Position numbers and translations under genes: made by a program. A DNA stretch of 49,224 nucleotides, from IMG/VR virus record IMGVR_UViG_2563366934_000004; one strand, written 5' to 3'. This document shows positions 41,087-49,224 of the stretch, in pieces. The notes under the pieces were generated by a model. It worked only from the letters and a program-made list of their open reading frames with translations, was not told the DNA's origin and did not search any database. Numbering within the stretch: the first letter of the stretch is position 1; each line of letters starts with the position of its first letter. Source of the stretch: a virus. Its lineage: Duplodnaviria; Heunggongvirae; Uroviricota; Caudoviricetes.

Positions 41087-42052
41087 TTATCCTCTGAAAC
41101 CAGGCGGAATTTCTGTATCCGGTTCAGAAATATGATTAACACAACGCTGTACAGGTGAACGCCCCAGGCGGATGACCAGTTCGTCCCATTTTTCGCGGAG
41201 CTTTGACGGGCTCATGATGTTTTTTACCCAGAACGGATCCCGCTGTACCCGACCAAACATTTCACAAATTTGTCTGTGGCTTCTGCCATCCAGCATCCGC
41301 ATTGTGCGCACATCATTGGCCCAGACAGTCCAGTTAGGCTCTTTTGGTCGCATGATCTCGCCATCATCACTGGCGGCCTGTTCGTAGAGACCCACGATCC
41401 GCCCCCATATCCACTGCGCACACGCCAGATCCTCCTGGCTACCCCACTGGCGTTTTTTCGCACTAAACACAACTGCGCCAGGGTGCCGGATTAAAAAATC
41501 CTGTTCAGCCGTCTGCGGGTCCGGTTGCGAAGCTTCCGGACGAAAAGTGTTTTTATTCTCTGTAGTAATCTCTGTTGTATTCTCTGTAGGATCATCGGGC
41601 CATTTTGACCCGATGACATTGGGTCGTTTTGAACCAATGGAGCGTTTCATTTTGACCTCTTCCATCGTGTCATTTTGACCTGATGGAGCGGCGCATTTTG
41701 AACCGATGGATTCGCTCAATTTGCCATCATCTAAAAGCTCGCTCCCATAGTTAATCGTGTAGAAATTGGTCATATCGCGCTTTGATTTATTGAGCTTTTC
41801 ACAACGCAAGAGCCCCAGCGTTTTCAGACTTGCAAACGCGCGCTTTAACGTTGACTCTGACCAGAATGGGAACTGTTCCAGCCATTGTTCCGTTGTGTTG
41901 TAAATCCAGCGAACACCATCACATTCCATGCCGGAATTGGTATCTCTCAACCAGTAATGCAACTGCTGCAACACAATGGCTTCATTTAAGCCAATCTTCA
42001 TCGCAAGCTGTGTGTTTATAACCAGTGGGCGTTCAGCAAAAAGAAGGCTCAT
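41087..42052 (-). CDS. Replication initiator (lambda O-like architecture, iterons inside gene)
   Basis: About 321 aa from ATG 42050-42052 (MSLLFAERPLV...); internal SIGSK repeats encoded by the DNA iterons; position downstream of cro-like dicC. Confidence 0.6.
   Translation of the reverse strand: MSLLFAERPLVINTQLAMKIGLNEAIVLQQLHYWLRDTNSGMECDGVRWIYNTTEQWLEQFPFWSESTLKRAFASLKTLGLLRCEKLNKSKRDMTNFYTINYGSELLDDGKLSESIGSKCAAPSGQNDTMEEVKMKRSIGSKRPNVIGSKWPDDPTENTTEITTENKNTFRPEASQPDPQTAEQDFLIRHPGAVVFSAKKRQWGSQEDLACAQWIWGRIVGLYEQAASDDGEIMRPKEPNWTVWANDVRTMRMLDGRSHRQICEMFGRVQRDPFWVKNIMSPSKLREKWDELVIRLGRSPVQRCVNHISEPDTEIPPGFRG
41592..41712. repeat. Origin-like iteron array (5 copies, 23-24 bp period)
   Basis: CATTTTGACCCGATG (41601), CGTTTTGAACCAATGG (41625), CATTTTGACCTC (41648), CATTTTGACCTGATGG (41671), CATTTTGAACCGATGG (41694); followed by a more AT-rich stretch. 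Confidence 0.65.
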
Positions 42053-42554
42053 AATTCCATCCAGCTTTTTGTTGGTATTGCTGTCGATACGCAAGTTTGA
42101 AAGCAATTGCTTTTTCTATAAGTTCGTCAGTTTCACGATCCACTACGGCAGGATCAGCAAAAAGCAGTCCGGACTCCACCACATCGCCATATTCTTTGTT
42201 TAACCCGGCGATCATGTACGTGATGCTTTTTCCGTCACTAATTTCACGATACAACCTGAAATCATTAATCCGGATAGCCTCCATAATTGCAGGCACTAGC
42301 GCCGTGAACTTTTCACGCTTATCCCTGGTGTCGATAGCCTTCCAGCGTTCGAATATCTTCACTCGATTAACGCCAAGCGCTCGCTGATCAACCGCGCCAC
42401 CTTCATCTGTGACACGCTGAACATCGATGTTCGGGCGCTCTTTCAAAGCCCAGAATGCTTCAGTGATTAATATCGTCGCCTGCTCCTGTGTCATTCCTGG
42501 TCGACATATCCAGGCATCCAGAGCCTCACGAGCCTGTTCAGGAGTGATTTTCAT
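42033..42554 (-). CDS. Hypothetical early-region protein (between cro-like and replication genes)
   Basis: 173 aa, ATG 42552-42554; overlaps start of the O-like gene by about 20 nt. Confidence 0.5.
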   Translation of the reverse strand: MKITPEQAREALDAWICRPGMTQEQATILITEAFWALKERPNIDVQRVTDEGGAVDQRALGVNRVKIFERWKAIDTRDKREKFTALVPAIMEAIRINDFRLYREISDGKSITYMIAGLNKEYGDVVESGLLFADPAVVDRETDELIEKAIAFKLAYRQQYQQKAGWNYEPSFC

Positions 42555-42765
42555 TGTTCAACCGCCCCGCCCGCTTCGTCTTACGATATTCGTCATAAAC
42601 CTTGGGATCATACAGAAGCTCGCCGCCAGATGCCTCCTGTAGACGCATCGCGCGACCTTCAGGAACTAGCTCTTGCCATTGAGAAACAGCAGATGGGTCA
42701 ACGCCAGCAGCTTTCGCTACTTTGGCTTTCGTACCGTAAAAATTAATTACGTCTGATTTAAACAT
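42538..42765 (-). CDS. dicC: Cro-like regulator DicC
   Basis: 75 aa from ATG 42763-42765 with GGAGG RBS; ...LVPEGRAMRLQEASGGELLYDPKVYDEYRKTKRAGRLNNENHS; divergent from dicA. Confidence 0.8.
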   Translation of the reverse strand: MFKSDVINFYGTKAKVAKAAGVDPSAVSQWQELVPEGRAMRLQEASGGELLYDPKVYDEYRKTKRAGRLNNENHS

Positions 42766-42842
42766 CGCACCTCCAATATTGAGTTTTCTCAATGCTAATC
42801 ACTCAAGGAATCTCAAGTCAAGGGTTATTAAGATATCTAAAT
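42766..42842. promoter_or_regulatory. dicA-dicC divergent promoter/operator region
   Basis: 77-bp intergenic between divergent repressor genes; contains palindrome AGATATCT within TTAAGATATCTAAAT. Confidence 0.4.
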
Positions 42843-43250
42843 ATGAACGAGAAAACTTTAGGTCAACGCATTAGAGAAAGACGTAAGCAGGTAGGCTTAA
42901 GTCAAAACGGTTTAAGCAAAGCTGCTGGCGTATCTGGCTCATCAATTTCATTATGGGAAAGTGACCATACAGCCCCGCGCGGGCAAAATTTGCATCGCCT
43001 CGCCGAGGTATTGCAATGTTCACCAACCTGGATACTGTTTGGCGACGAGGACAAAACACCAGCTCCCCCTGTTTCACTCGATAGTACCCTAGACTTATCG
43101 GAAGATGAGTTAGAGATGCTGCGTTTGTATCGCGCACTTCCTAAATCAGAGCAACAAGCACAACTCAGCGAACTCCGCGCCCGCGTTGAGAATTTTAATC
43201 GCCTGTTCACCGAGCTATTAGAGGCTCGCAAACGCAACAAGCATCAATAA
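42843..43250 (+). CDS. dicA: Repressor DicA (XRE-family HTH)
   Basis: 135 aa from ATG 42843; HTH region and VLQCSPTWILFGDEDK...LSELRARVENFNRLF match recalled DicA. Confidence 0.9.
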   Translation: MNEKTLGQRIRERRKQVGLSQNGLSKAAGVSGSSISLWESDHTAPRGQNLHRLAEVLQCSPTWILFGDEDKTPAPPVSLDSTLDLSEDELEMLRLYRALPKSEQQAQLSELRARVENFNRLFTELLEARKRNKHQ

Positions 43251-43442
43251 TCATCCCTTCACAAAATTTTAAAGCCTTACATTTCAATGTATTGGCTTTA
43301 TCTTGCGCCAATACTTGAGTTTTCTCATCAAAAAACCTTGACGAAAAATAATGAGAAAACTAAATTACCTCCATCAACACACCGCACGGTGTTCTCCGCA
43401 AACAGTTCCGCTACCCCGGCGTTAAGGGGAAATGAGGTCAGC

Positions 43443-43595
43443 ATGGATACTATCGATCTTGGCAACAGCGAATCTCTGGTATGTGGCGTGTTCCCCAACC
43501 ATGACGGTACGTTCACCGCGATGACATATACCAAAAGCAAAACGTTTAAAACCGAATCTGGCGCGCGTTGCTGGTTAGCCAGAAACACTGACTGA
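43443..43595 (+). CDS. ydfA: YdfA-family small protein
   Basis: 50 aa MDTIDLGNSESLVCGVFPNHDGTFTAMTYTKSKTFKTESGARCWLARNTD; GAGG RBS. Confidence 0.8.
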   Translation: MDTIDLGNSESLVCGVFPNHDGTFTAMTYTKSKTFKTESGARCWLARNTD

Positions 43596-43972
43596 TGAGG
43601 CTGACGATGGAATTTAAAGATTTACCGTCTGATGTACAGAAAACAGCAGCTCATACATTGCATTCTGTGCTGCGAGAAATCGGGAAAGATATTGCAAGCG
43701 AGCCAGCAAAAGATCTGGCCCGGAAAATCAAGACCGCTTTCGTTGAGCTTTATAATGTTGGCACTGACTCTGAAACTGTCGAGACCAAGACCGTAAGTTC
43801 ACCAATATTCTCACTTGAGCCAGGCGTATTATCAGGTGAAATATGCACCGAGATTTCCAGCGAACTGCTTCCGGTAATACGAGAAGCAATTTGCCGTCGC
43901 GGTTTGGATGGAAGTTACGATCATGACGTCCTGCAAGTTCTCAGGACAATGGTGACTTCACTGGGGATTTGA
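43595..43972 (+). CDS. YdfB/YdfC-region protein (single 125-aa ORF here)
   Basis: ORF starting at ydfA stop; assigned by position in the dicA-ydfA-ydfB-ydfC-dicF-dicB block. Confidence 0.55.
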   Translation: MRLTMEFKDLPSDVQKTAAHTLHSVLREIGKDIASEPAKDLARKIKTAFVELYNVGTDSETVETKTVSSPIFSLEPGVLSGEICTEISSELLPVIREAICRRGLDGSYDHDVLQVLRTMVTSLGI

Positions 43973-44141
43973 TCCCTGCGTCCTCTAACCTTTTGATATA
44001 GCGGTCCTCCAAGAAGCGGTAAATTTTGTCGAAATCATCTTTCCCCTCTGGTTTATTCAGAGGATTACAGGACCCGTAAGTAGCGGCATACATTTCAACC
44101 GTTTTATCAAAAATATAAGAGACAAATTCTTCTTTAGTCAT
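43941..44141 (-). CDS. Hypothetical small protein (66 aa)
   Basis: ATG 44139-44141 with AGGAAA RBS; convergent with and slightly overlapping the preceding gene. Confidence 0.45.
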   Translation of the reverse strand: MTKEEFVSYIFDKTVEMYAATYGSCNPLNKPEGKDDFDKIYRFLEDRYIKRLEDAGIKSPVKSPLS

Positions 44142-44416
44142 ATAGATTTCCTTCTTGGTTATTCGGAATAAGAAGGATACCACCTCGCCTGACGTGGTTA
44201 AAAGCAGGCACACAACACGAAAGCGCACGGCGAAGTTCGTCTCACTGTACGGTGTCGTTAAATTTAATTCGACCGTGCGCTTCCGGTTGTGGCAACCCGC
44301 GAAATGGCGCGGCGGTAAGTATGGCGGGGTTATTCCTTCCCCGTTGAGGACACCGAGTTGTCAGGTTGACCATACGCTTAAGTGACAACCCCGCTGCAAC
44401 GCCCTCTGTTATCAAT

Positions 44417-44474
44417 TTTCTGGTGACGTTTGGCGGTATCAGTTTTACTCCGTGACTGCTCTGCCGCCGTTTTT
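44417..44474 (+). ncRNA. dicF: DicF small RNA (ftsZ-targeting) with intrinsic terminator
   Basis: TTTCTGGTGACGTTTGGCGGTATCAGTTTTACTCCGTGACTGCTCTGCCGCC + TTTTT matches recalled DicF; GGCGG...CCGCC terminator stem. Confidence 0.8.
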
Positions 44475-44643
44475 AAAGTGAATTTTGTGATGCGGTGAAT
44501 GCGGCTAAGCGCACGCGGAACAGTTAAAACCAAAAACAGTGTTATGGGTGGATTCTCTGTATCCGGCGTTAATTGTTAACTGGTTAACGTCACCTGGAGG
44601 CACCAGGCACTGCATCACAAAATTCATTGTTGAGGACGCGATA

Positions 44644-44832
44644 ATGAAAACGTTATTACCAAACGTTAATACGTCTGAAGGTTGTTTTGAAATTGGTGTC
44701 ACTATCAGTAACCCTGTATTTACTGAAGATGCCATTAACAAGAGAAAACAAGAACGGGAGCTATTAAATAAAATATGCATTGTTTCAATGCTGGCTCGTT
44801 TACGTCTGATGCCAAAAGGATGTGCACAATGA
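44644..44832 (+). CDS. dicB: Cell division inhibitor DicB
   Basis: 62 aa MKTLLPNVNTSEGCFEIGVTISNPVFTEDAINKRKQERELLNKICIVSMLARLRLMPKGCAQ. Confidence 0.9.
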   Translation: MKTLLPNVNTSEGCFEIGVTISNPVFTEDAINKRKQERELLNKICIVSMLARLRLMPKGCAQ

Positions 44833-45020
44833 ATTCAGCATTTGCGCTTGTTCTGACAGTTTTTCTTGTTTCCGGAGAGCCAGTTGATATTGCAGTCAGT
44901 GTTCACAGGACAATGCAGGAGTGTATGACTGCAGCAACCGAACAGAAAATTCCCGGTAACTGTTACCCGGTCGATAAAGTTATTCACCAGGATAATATCG
45001 AAATCCCGGCAGGTCTTTAA
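44829..45020 (+). CDS. ydfD: YdfD lysis/toxic small membrane protein
   Basis: 63 aa MNSAFALVLTVFLVSGEPVDIAVSVHRTMQECMTAATEQKIPGNCYPVDKVIHQDNIEIPAGL; start overlaps dicB stop (ATGA). Confidence 0.85.
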   Translation: MNSAFALVLTVFLVSGEPVDIAVSVHRTMQECMTAATEQKIPGNCYPVDKVIHQDNIEIPAGL

Positions 45021-45113
45021 AACAGTTCCGTAATAAATATCCGGTTTCATTCTTATATGCCAGCAATGGCAGGGATTTGTTCATCCTTAAATCTGTCATG
45101 AGGTTAAAACAAA

Positions 45114-47585
45114 ATGAGTAAAGTCTTTATTTGCGCCGCTATTCCTGACGAACTGGCAACAAGGGAAGAAGGCGCTGTGGCTGTAGCCACAGCCATTGAA
45201 GCTGGCGACGAACGCCGTGCTCGAGCAAAATTTCACTGGCAGTTCCTGGAACATTATCCGGCTGCTCAGGACTGCGCTTATAAATTTATTGTCTGCGAGG
45301 ATAAACCTGGCATACCCCGCCCTGCCCTCGATTCATGGGATGCTGAATATATGCAGGAAAACCGCTGGGATGAGGAGTCTGCTTCTTTTGTCCCGGTTGA
45401 GACTGAATCCGATCCGATGAACGTCACTTTTGACAAGCTGGCCCCTGAAGTACAGAACGCTGTCATGGTTAAGTTCGACACATGTGAAAACATCACCGTT
45501 GATATGGTTATTAGCGCACAGGAATTGTTGCAGGAAGACATGGCAACATTCGACGGACATATCGTTGAAGCGTTGATGAAAATGCCAGAAGTTAACGCCA
45601 TGTATCCGGAGCTTAAGTTGCACGCCATTGGGTGGGTTAAGCATAAATGTATTCCTGGTGCTAAATGGCCCGAAATTCAGGCAGAGATGCGCATCTGGAA
45701 AAAACGTCGCGAAGGTGAACGCAAGGAAACCGGAAAATACACGTCTGTTGTTGATCTCGCCCGCGCCAGAGCCAATCAACAGTACACTGAAAATTCAACA
45801 GGAAAAATCAGCCCGGTCATTGCTGCCATTCATCGCGAATACAAGCAGACATGGAAAACACTGGATGACGAACTGGCCTACGCTCTCTGGCCTGGTGATG
45901 TGGATGCCGGAAACATTGACGGCAGCATCCATCGCTGGGCAAAAAAAGAAGTTATCGACAACGACCGCGAAGACTGGAAGCGTATCTCGGCATCAATGCG
46001 CAAACAGCCTGATGCCCTTCGCTACGACCGCCAGACTATTTTTGGCCTTGTCCGTGAGCGTCCGATCGACATTCACAAAGATCCCATAGCACTGAACAAA
46101 TATATCTGCGAATACCTGACGACAAAGGGCGTGTTTGAGAATGAAGAAACAGACCTGGGCACTGTTGATGTTCTCCAGTCATCAGAAACACAAACTGATG
46201 CAGTGGAAACTGAGGTATCTGATATCCCAAAAAATGAAACCGCGCCGGAAGCTGAACCATCTGTAGAGCGTGAGGGGCCGTTCTATTTCCTCTTCGCAGA
46301 TAAGGACGGAGAAAAATACGGTCGCGCAAACAAACTTTCTGGTCTGGATAAGGCACTGGCTGCTGGCGCCACTGAAATCACAAAAGAAGAATATTTTGCC
46401 CGAAAAAATGGCACATACACGGGCTTACCGCAAAATGTAGATACCGCTGAAGATTCAGAACAACCAGAGCCGATAAAAGTTACCGCTGACGAAGTAAACA
46501 AAATTATGCAGGCAGCCAATATCAGCCAGCCTGACGCCGATAAGTTGCTTGCTGCATCACGTGGTGAATTTGTTGAAGGGATTAGTGACCCGAATGATCC
46601 GAAATGGGTTAAGGGGATCCAGACCCGCGATTCTGTGAACCAGAACCAGCATGAATCGGAACGGAACTACCAAAAAGCGGAACAAAACAGCACAAATGCG
46701 TTACAAAACGAGCCAGAAACGAAACAGCCTGAACCAGTGGCGCAACAGGAAGTGGAAAAAGTCTGCACCGCCTGCGGTCAGACCGGCGGCGGCAACTGCC
46801 CTGATTGTGGCGCGGTGATGGGCGACGCAACATACCAAGAAACATTCGATGAAGAGTATCAGGTTGAAGTTCAGGAAGATGATCCGGAGGAAATGGAAGG
46901 CGCTGAACATCCACACAAGGAGAACACTGGCGGCAATCAGCATCACAATAGCGATAATGAAACTGGCGAGACGGCAGATCACTCAATTAAGGTGAACGGT
47001 CATCACGAAATCACATCCACCAGCAGGACGTGTGACCATCTAATGATCGACCTTGAAACCATGGGAAAAAATCCTGATGCCCCGATCATCTCAATAGGTG
47101 CAATATTTTTCGATCCGCAAACCGGAGATATGGGACCGGAATTTAGTAAGACTATCGATCTGGAAACTGCTGGCGGAGTCATTGATCGGGACACCATTAA
47201 ATGGTGGCTTAAGCAATCACGCGAAGCGCAATCTGCCATTATGACCGATGAAATCCCGTTAGATGATGCACTGTTACAATTACGGGAATTTATCGACGAA
47301 AACTCCGGTGAATTTTTTGTTCAGGTTTGGGGAAATGGAGCCAACTTCGACAACACAATTTTGCGCCGTTCATACGAACGGCAGGGGATCCCCTGCCCGT
47401 GGCGTTACTACAACGATCGCGATGTACGCACAATCGTTGAGCTGGGGAAAGCCATAGACTTCGATGCCAGAACGGCTATTCCATTCGAAGGTGAGCGCCA
47501 TAATGCACTTGATGACGCCCGTTACCAGGCAAAATACGTTTCAGTTATCTGGCAAAAACTGATCCCGAGTCAGGCTGATTCTTAA
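45114..47585 (+). CDS. ydfE: Large multidomain protein: RecE-like N-terminal/central region + Zn-ribbon + C-terminal DEDDh 3'-5' exonuclease domain
   Basis: 823 aa, ATG 45114 with GAGG RBS; central motif DADKLLAASRGEFVEGISDPNDPKWVKGIQTRD recalled from RecE; CTACGQTGGGNCPDCG; C-terminal MIDLETMG ... WGNGANFDNTIL ... HNALDDARYQ exonuclease motifs. Confidence 0.75.
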   Translation: MSKVFICAAIPDELATREEGAVAVATAIEAGDERRARAKFHWQFLEHYPAAQDCAYKFIVCEDKPGIPRPALDSWDAEYMQENRWDEESASFVPVETESDPMNVTFDKLAPEVQNAVMVKFDTCENITVDMVISAQELLQEDMATFDGHIVEALMKMPEVNAMYPELKLHAIGWVKHKCIPGAKWPEIQAEMRIWKKRREGERKETGKYTSVVDLARARANQQYTENSTGKISPVIAAIHREYKQTWKTLDDELAYALWPGDVDAGNIDGSIHRWAKKEVIDNDREDWKRISASMRKQPDALRYDRQTIFGLVRERPIDIHKDPIALNKYICEYLTTKGVFENEETDLGTVDVLQSSETQTDAVETEVSDIPKNETAPEAEPSVEREGPFYFLFADKDGEKYGRANKLSGLDKALAAGATEITKEEYFARKNGTYTGLPQNVDTAEDSEQPEPIKVTADEVNKIMQAANISQPDADKLLAASRGEFVEGISDPNDPKWVKGIQTRDSVNQNQHESERNYQKAEQNSTNALQNEPETKQPEPVAQQEVEKVCTACGQTGGGNCPDCGAVMGDATYQETFDEEYQVEVQEDDPEEMEGAEHPHKENTGGNQHHNSDNETGETADHSIKVNGHHEITSTSRTCDHLMIDLETMGKNPDAPIISIGAIFFDPQTGDMGPEFSKTIDLETAGGVIDRDTIKWWLKQSREAQSAIMTDEIPLDDALLQLREFIDENSGEFFVQVWGNGANFDNTILRRSYERQGIPCPWRYYNDRDVRTIVELGKAIDFDARTAIPFEGERHNALDDARYQAKYVSVIWQKLIPSQADS

Positions 47586-47657
47586 TGTTCAACTGTCGCC
47601 GGTTGTGACTGGTATTCTGCAACCGGCGCTCGTCTGATGTAAGAGATAAAGAAATCG

Positions 47658-47909
47658 ATGAGCGAAGTAATCATGATTGTCTCTCCCGGCAAATGGGTAT
47701 CCGAAGAGCAGTTAATTGCGCTGAAAGGAATAAAAAAAGGTACGTTAAAAAAGGCCCGGGAAAAATCGTTTATGGAAGGAAGGGAATATAAGCATGTCGC
47801 TCATGACGGTATGCCATGGGATAACAGTCCATGCTTTTACAACCTGGAAGAAATTGATCGCTGGATTGAGCGCCAGGCATCAGCGAGACCAAGACGTCAT
47901 CTTACTTGA
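47658..47909 (+). CDS. xis: Excisionase-like DNA-binding protein
   Basis: 83 aa just upstream of integrase; GREY-containing winged-helix-like segment. Confidence 0.55.
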   Translation: MSEVIMIVSPGKWVSEEQLIALKGIKKGTLKKAREKSFMEGREYKHVAHDGMPWDNSPCFYNLEEIDRWIERQASARPRRHLT

Positions 47910-47928
47910 CTAAAAGCCACACTAACTA

Positions 47929-49224
47929 ATGAGAGAAGTTGAAATGAAATATCCGACAGGCGTGGAAAACCATGGAGGGAAATTACGTATCTGGTTTGTT
48001 TATAAAGGCGTAAGAGTCAGGGAAAATCTGGGGGTTCCTGACACAGCAAAAAACAGGCGCGTTGCAGGTGAACTACGCTCCTCTGTTTGTTACGCAATAA
48101 AAACTGGTGTTTTCGACTATGCAAAACAGTTTCCCTCCTCACGCAATCTGGAAAAATTTGGTGAGGCCCGACAAGATTTAACCATAAAAGAACTGGCTGA
48201 AAAATTTCTGGCACTGAAAGAAACTGAAGTCGCCAAAACATCACTCAACACATACCGTGCCGTCATCAAAAATATCCTGAGCATAATCGGTGAAAAAAAT
48301 CTTGCCTCATCGATTAATAAAGAAAAATTACTGGAGGTTCGTAAAGAGCTACTGACTGGATACCAGATCCCCAAAAGTAACTATATTGTTACACAACCAG
48401 GGAGATCGGCTGTAACTGTAAATAATTACATGACAAATCTTAACGCCGTGTTCCAGTTTGGTGTTGATAACGGTTACCTGCCAGATAATCCGTTTAAGGG
48501 GATCTCGCCATTAAAGGAATCAAGAACCATTCCAGATCCTCTTTCGCGGGAGGAATTTATCCGTCTTATCGATGCGTGCAGAAATCAGCAAGCAAAAAAT
48601 TTATGGTGTGTTTCTGTTTATACTGGCGTTCGCCCTGGTGAGCTGTGTGCACTTGGATGGGAGGACATAGATCTGAAAAATGGAACAATGATGATCAGGA
48701 GAAATTTAGCAAAAGACCGTTTCACGGTACCAAAAACACAGGCGGGAACCAATCGGGTCATTCATCTTATTAAGCCAGCAATCGACGCTCTCCGGAGTCA
48801 GATGACATTAACGAGACTGAGCAAAGAGCATATCATTGATGTTCACCTCAGAGAGTATGGCAGAACAGAAAAACAAAAATGCACCTTTGTTTTTCAACCT
48901 GAAGTGTCAGCGAGAGTAAAAAATTATGGTGACCATTTTACCGTTGACTCAATAAGGCAGATGTGGGACGCAGCGATAAAACGTGCCGGACTCCGCCATC
49001 GAAAATCATATCAGTCGAGACATACTTATGCCTGCTGGTCGCTGACAGCTGGTGCTAACCCGGCATTTATAGCAAACCAGATGGGCCATGCAGATGCGCA
49101 AATGGTATTTCAGGTATACGGAAAATGGATGTCTGAAAACAATAATGCACAGGTAGCTTTGTTAAATACACAGTTAAGCGAGTTTGCCCCAACCATGCCC
49201 CATAACGAAGCAATGAAATATTAA
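47929..49224 (+). CDS. int: Tyrosine integrase (lambda Int family)
   Basis: 431 aa ending TAA at window end; C-terminal catalytic residues in R...HxxR...Y context (RHTYACW...VFQVYGKW). Confidence 0.9.
   Translation: MREVEMKYPTGVENHGGKLRIWFVYKGVRVRENLGVPDTAKNRRVAGELRSSVCYAIKTGVFDYAKQFPSSRNLEKFGEARQDLTIKELAEKFLALKETEVAKTSLNTYRAVIKNILSIIGEKNLASSINKEKLLEVRKELLTGYQIPKSNYIVTQPGRSAVTVNNYMTNLNAVFQFGVDNGYLPDNPFKGISPLKESRTIPDPLSREEFIRLIDACRNQQAKNLWCVSVYTGVRPGELCALGWEDIDLKNGTMMIRRNLAKDRFTVPKTQAGTNRVIHLIKPAIDALRSQMTLTRLSKEHIIDVHLREYGRTEKQKCTFVFQPEVSARVKNYGDHFTVDSIRQMWDAAIKRAGLRHRKSYQSRHTYACWSLTAGANPAFIANQMGHADAQMVFQVYGKWMSENNNAQVALLNTQLSEFAPTMPHNEAMKY

Noticed and set aside
44155-44385. 76-aa plus-strand ORF upstream of DicF
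   Set aside because: Lies in the precursor region of the DicF transcript, Arg/Lys-rich, no RBS; more likely untranslated RNA.
47598-47629. Hairpin GCCGGTTG...CAACCGGC after the 823-aa gene as a terminator
   Set aside because: Good stem but no following U-tract; possibly a processing or protein-binding site, not a supported intrinsic terminator.

Overview
The window is almost entirely one lambdoid prophage of the Qin / phage-21 type, flanked on the left by a host MFS transporter gene (1..1284, minus strand). Late genes run on the minus strand from high to low coordinates: antiterminator Q (33829..34650), PR'/tR', a tRNA cluster, an IS3 insertion, two TolA-C-terminal-like lipoprotein genes, a phage-21-type lysis cassette (pinholin, YdfR, SAR endolysin, Rz/Rz1), csp/gnsB small genes, cos, terminase, portal, a protease-capsid fusion, a lambda-like tail (Z, U, V, G/T, H, M, L, K, I, J), lom, stf and tfa. 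A Pin invertase and ydfK sit at the left prophage end. The right part carries rusA, ydfU, hok, an O-like replication gene with internal iterons, the dicC/dicA immunity switch, ydfA, DicF sRNA, dicB, ydfD, a large RecE-like/DEDDh exonuclease protein, xis and int (47929..49224). The att sites were not located. The most interesting parts are accessory: (1) an AT-rich three-gene island at 37.6-40.4 kb (4-TM membrane protein, small class I SAM methyltransferase, convergent 299-aa protein), (2) the tandem TolA-domain-III-like lipoproteins where Stx phages carry stx, (3) an IS3 with intact 3-bp target duplication sitting antisense inside the late operon, (4) a degenerate tRNA-like element between two intact tRNAs. 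All family assignments are from reading the translated ORFs and from recalled reference sequences; no database search was run. The supplied ORF track translates alternative starts (GTG/TTG) as M, so several starts were re-derived from the DNA.
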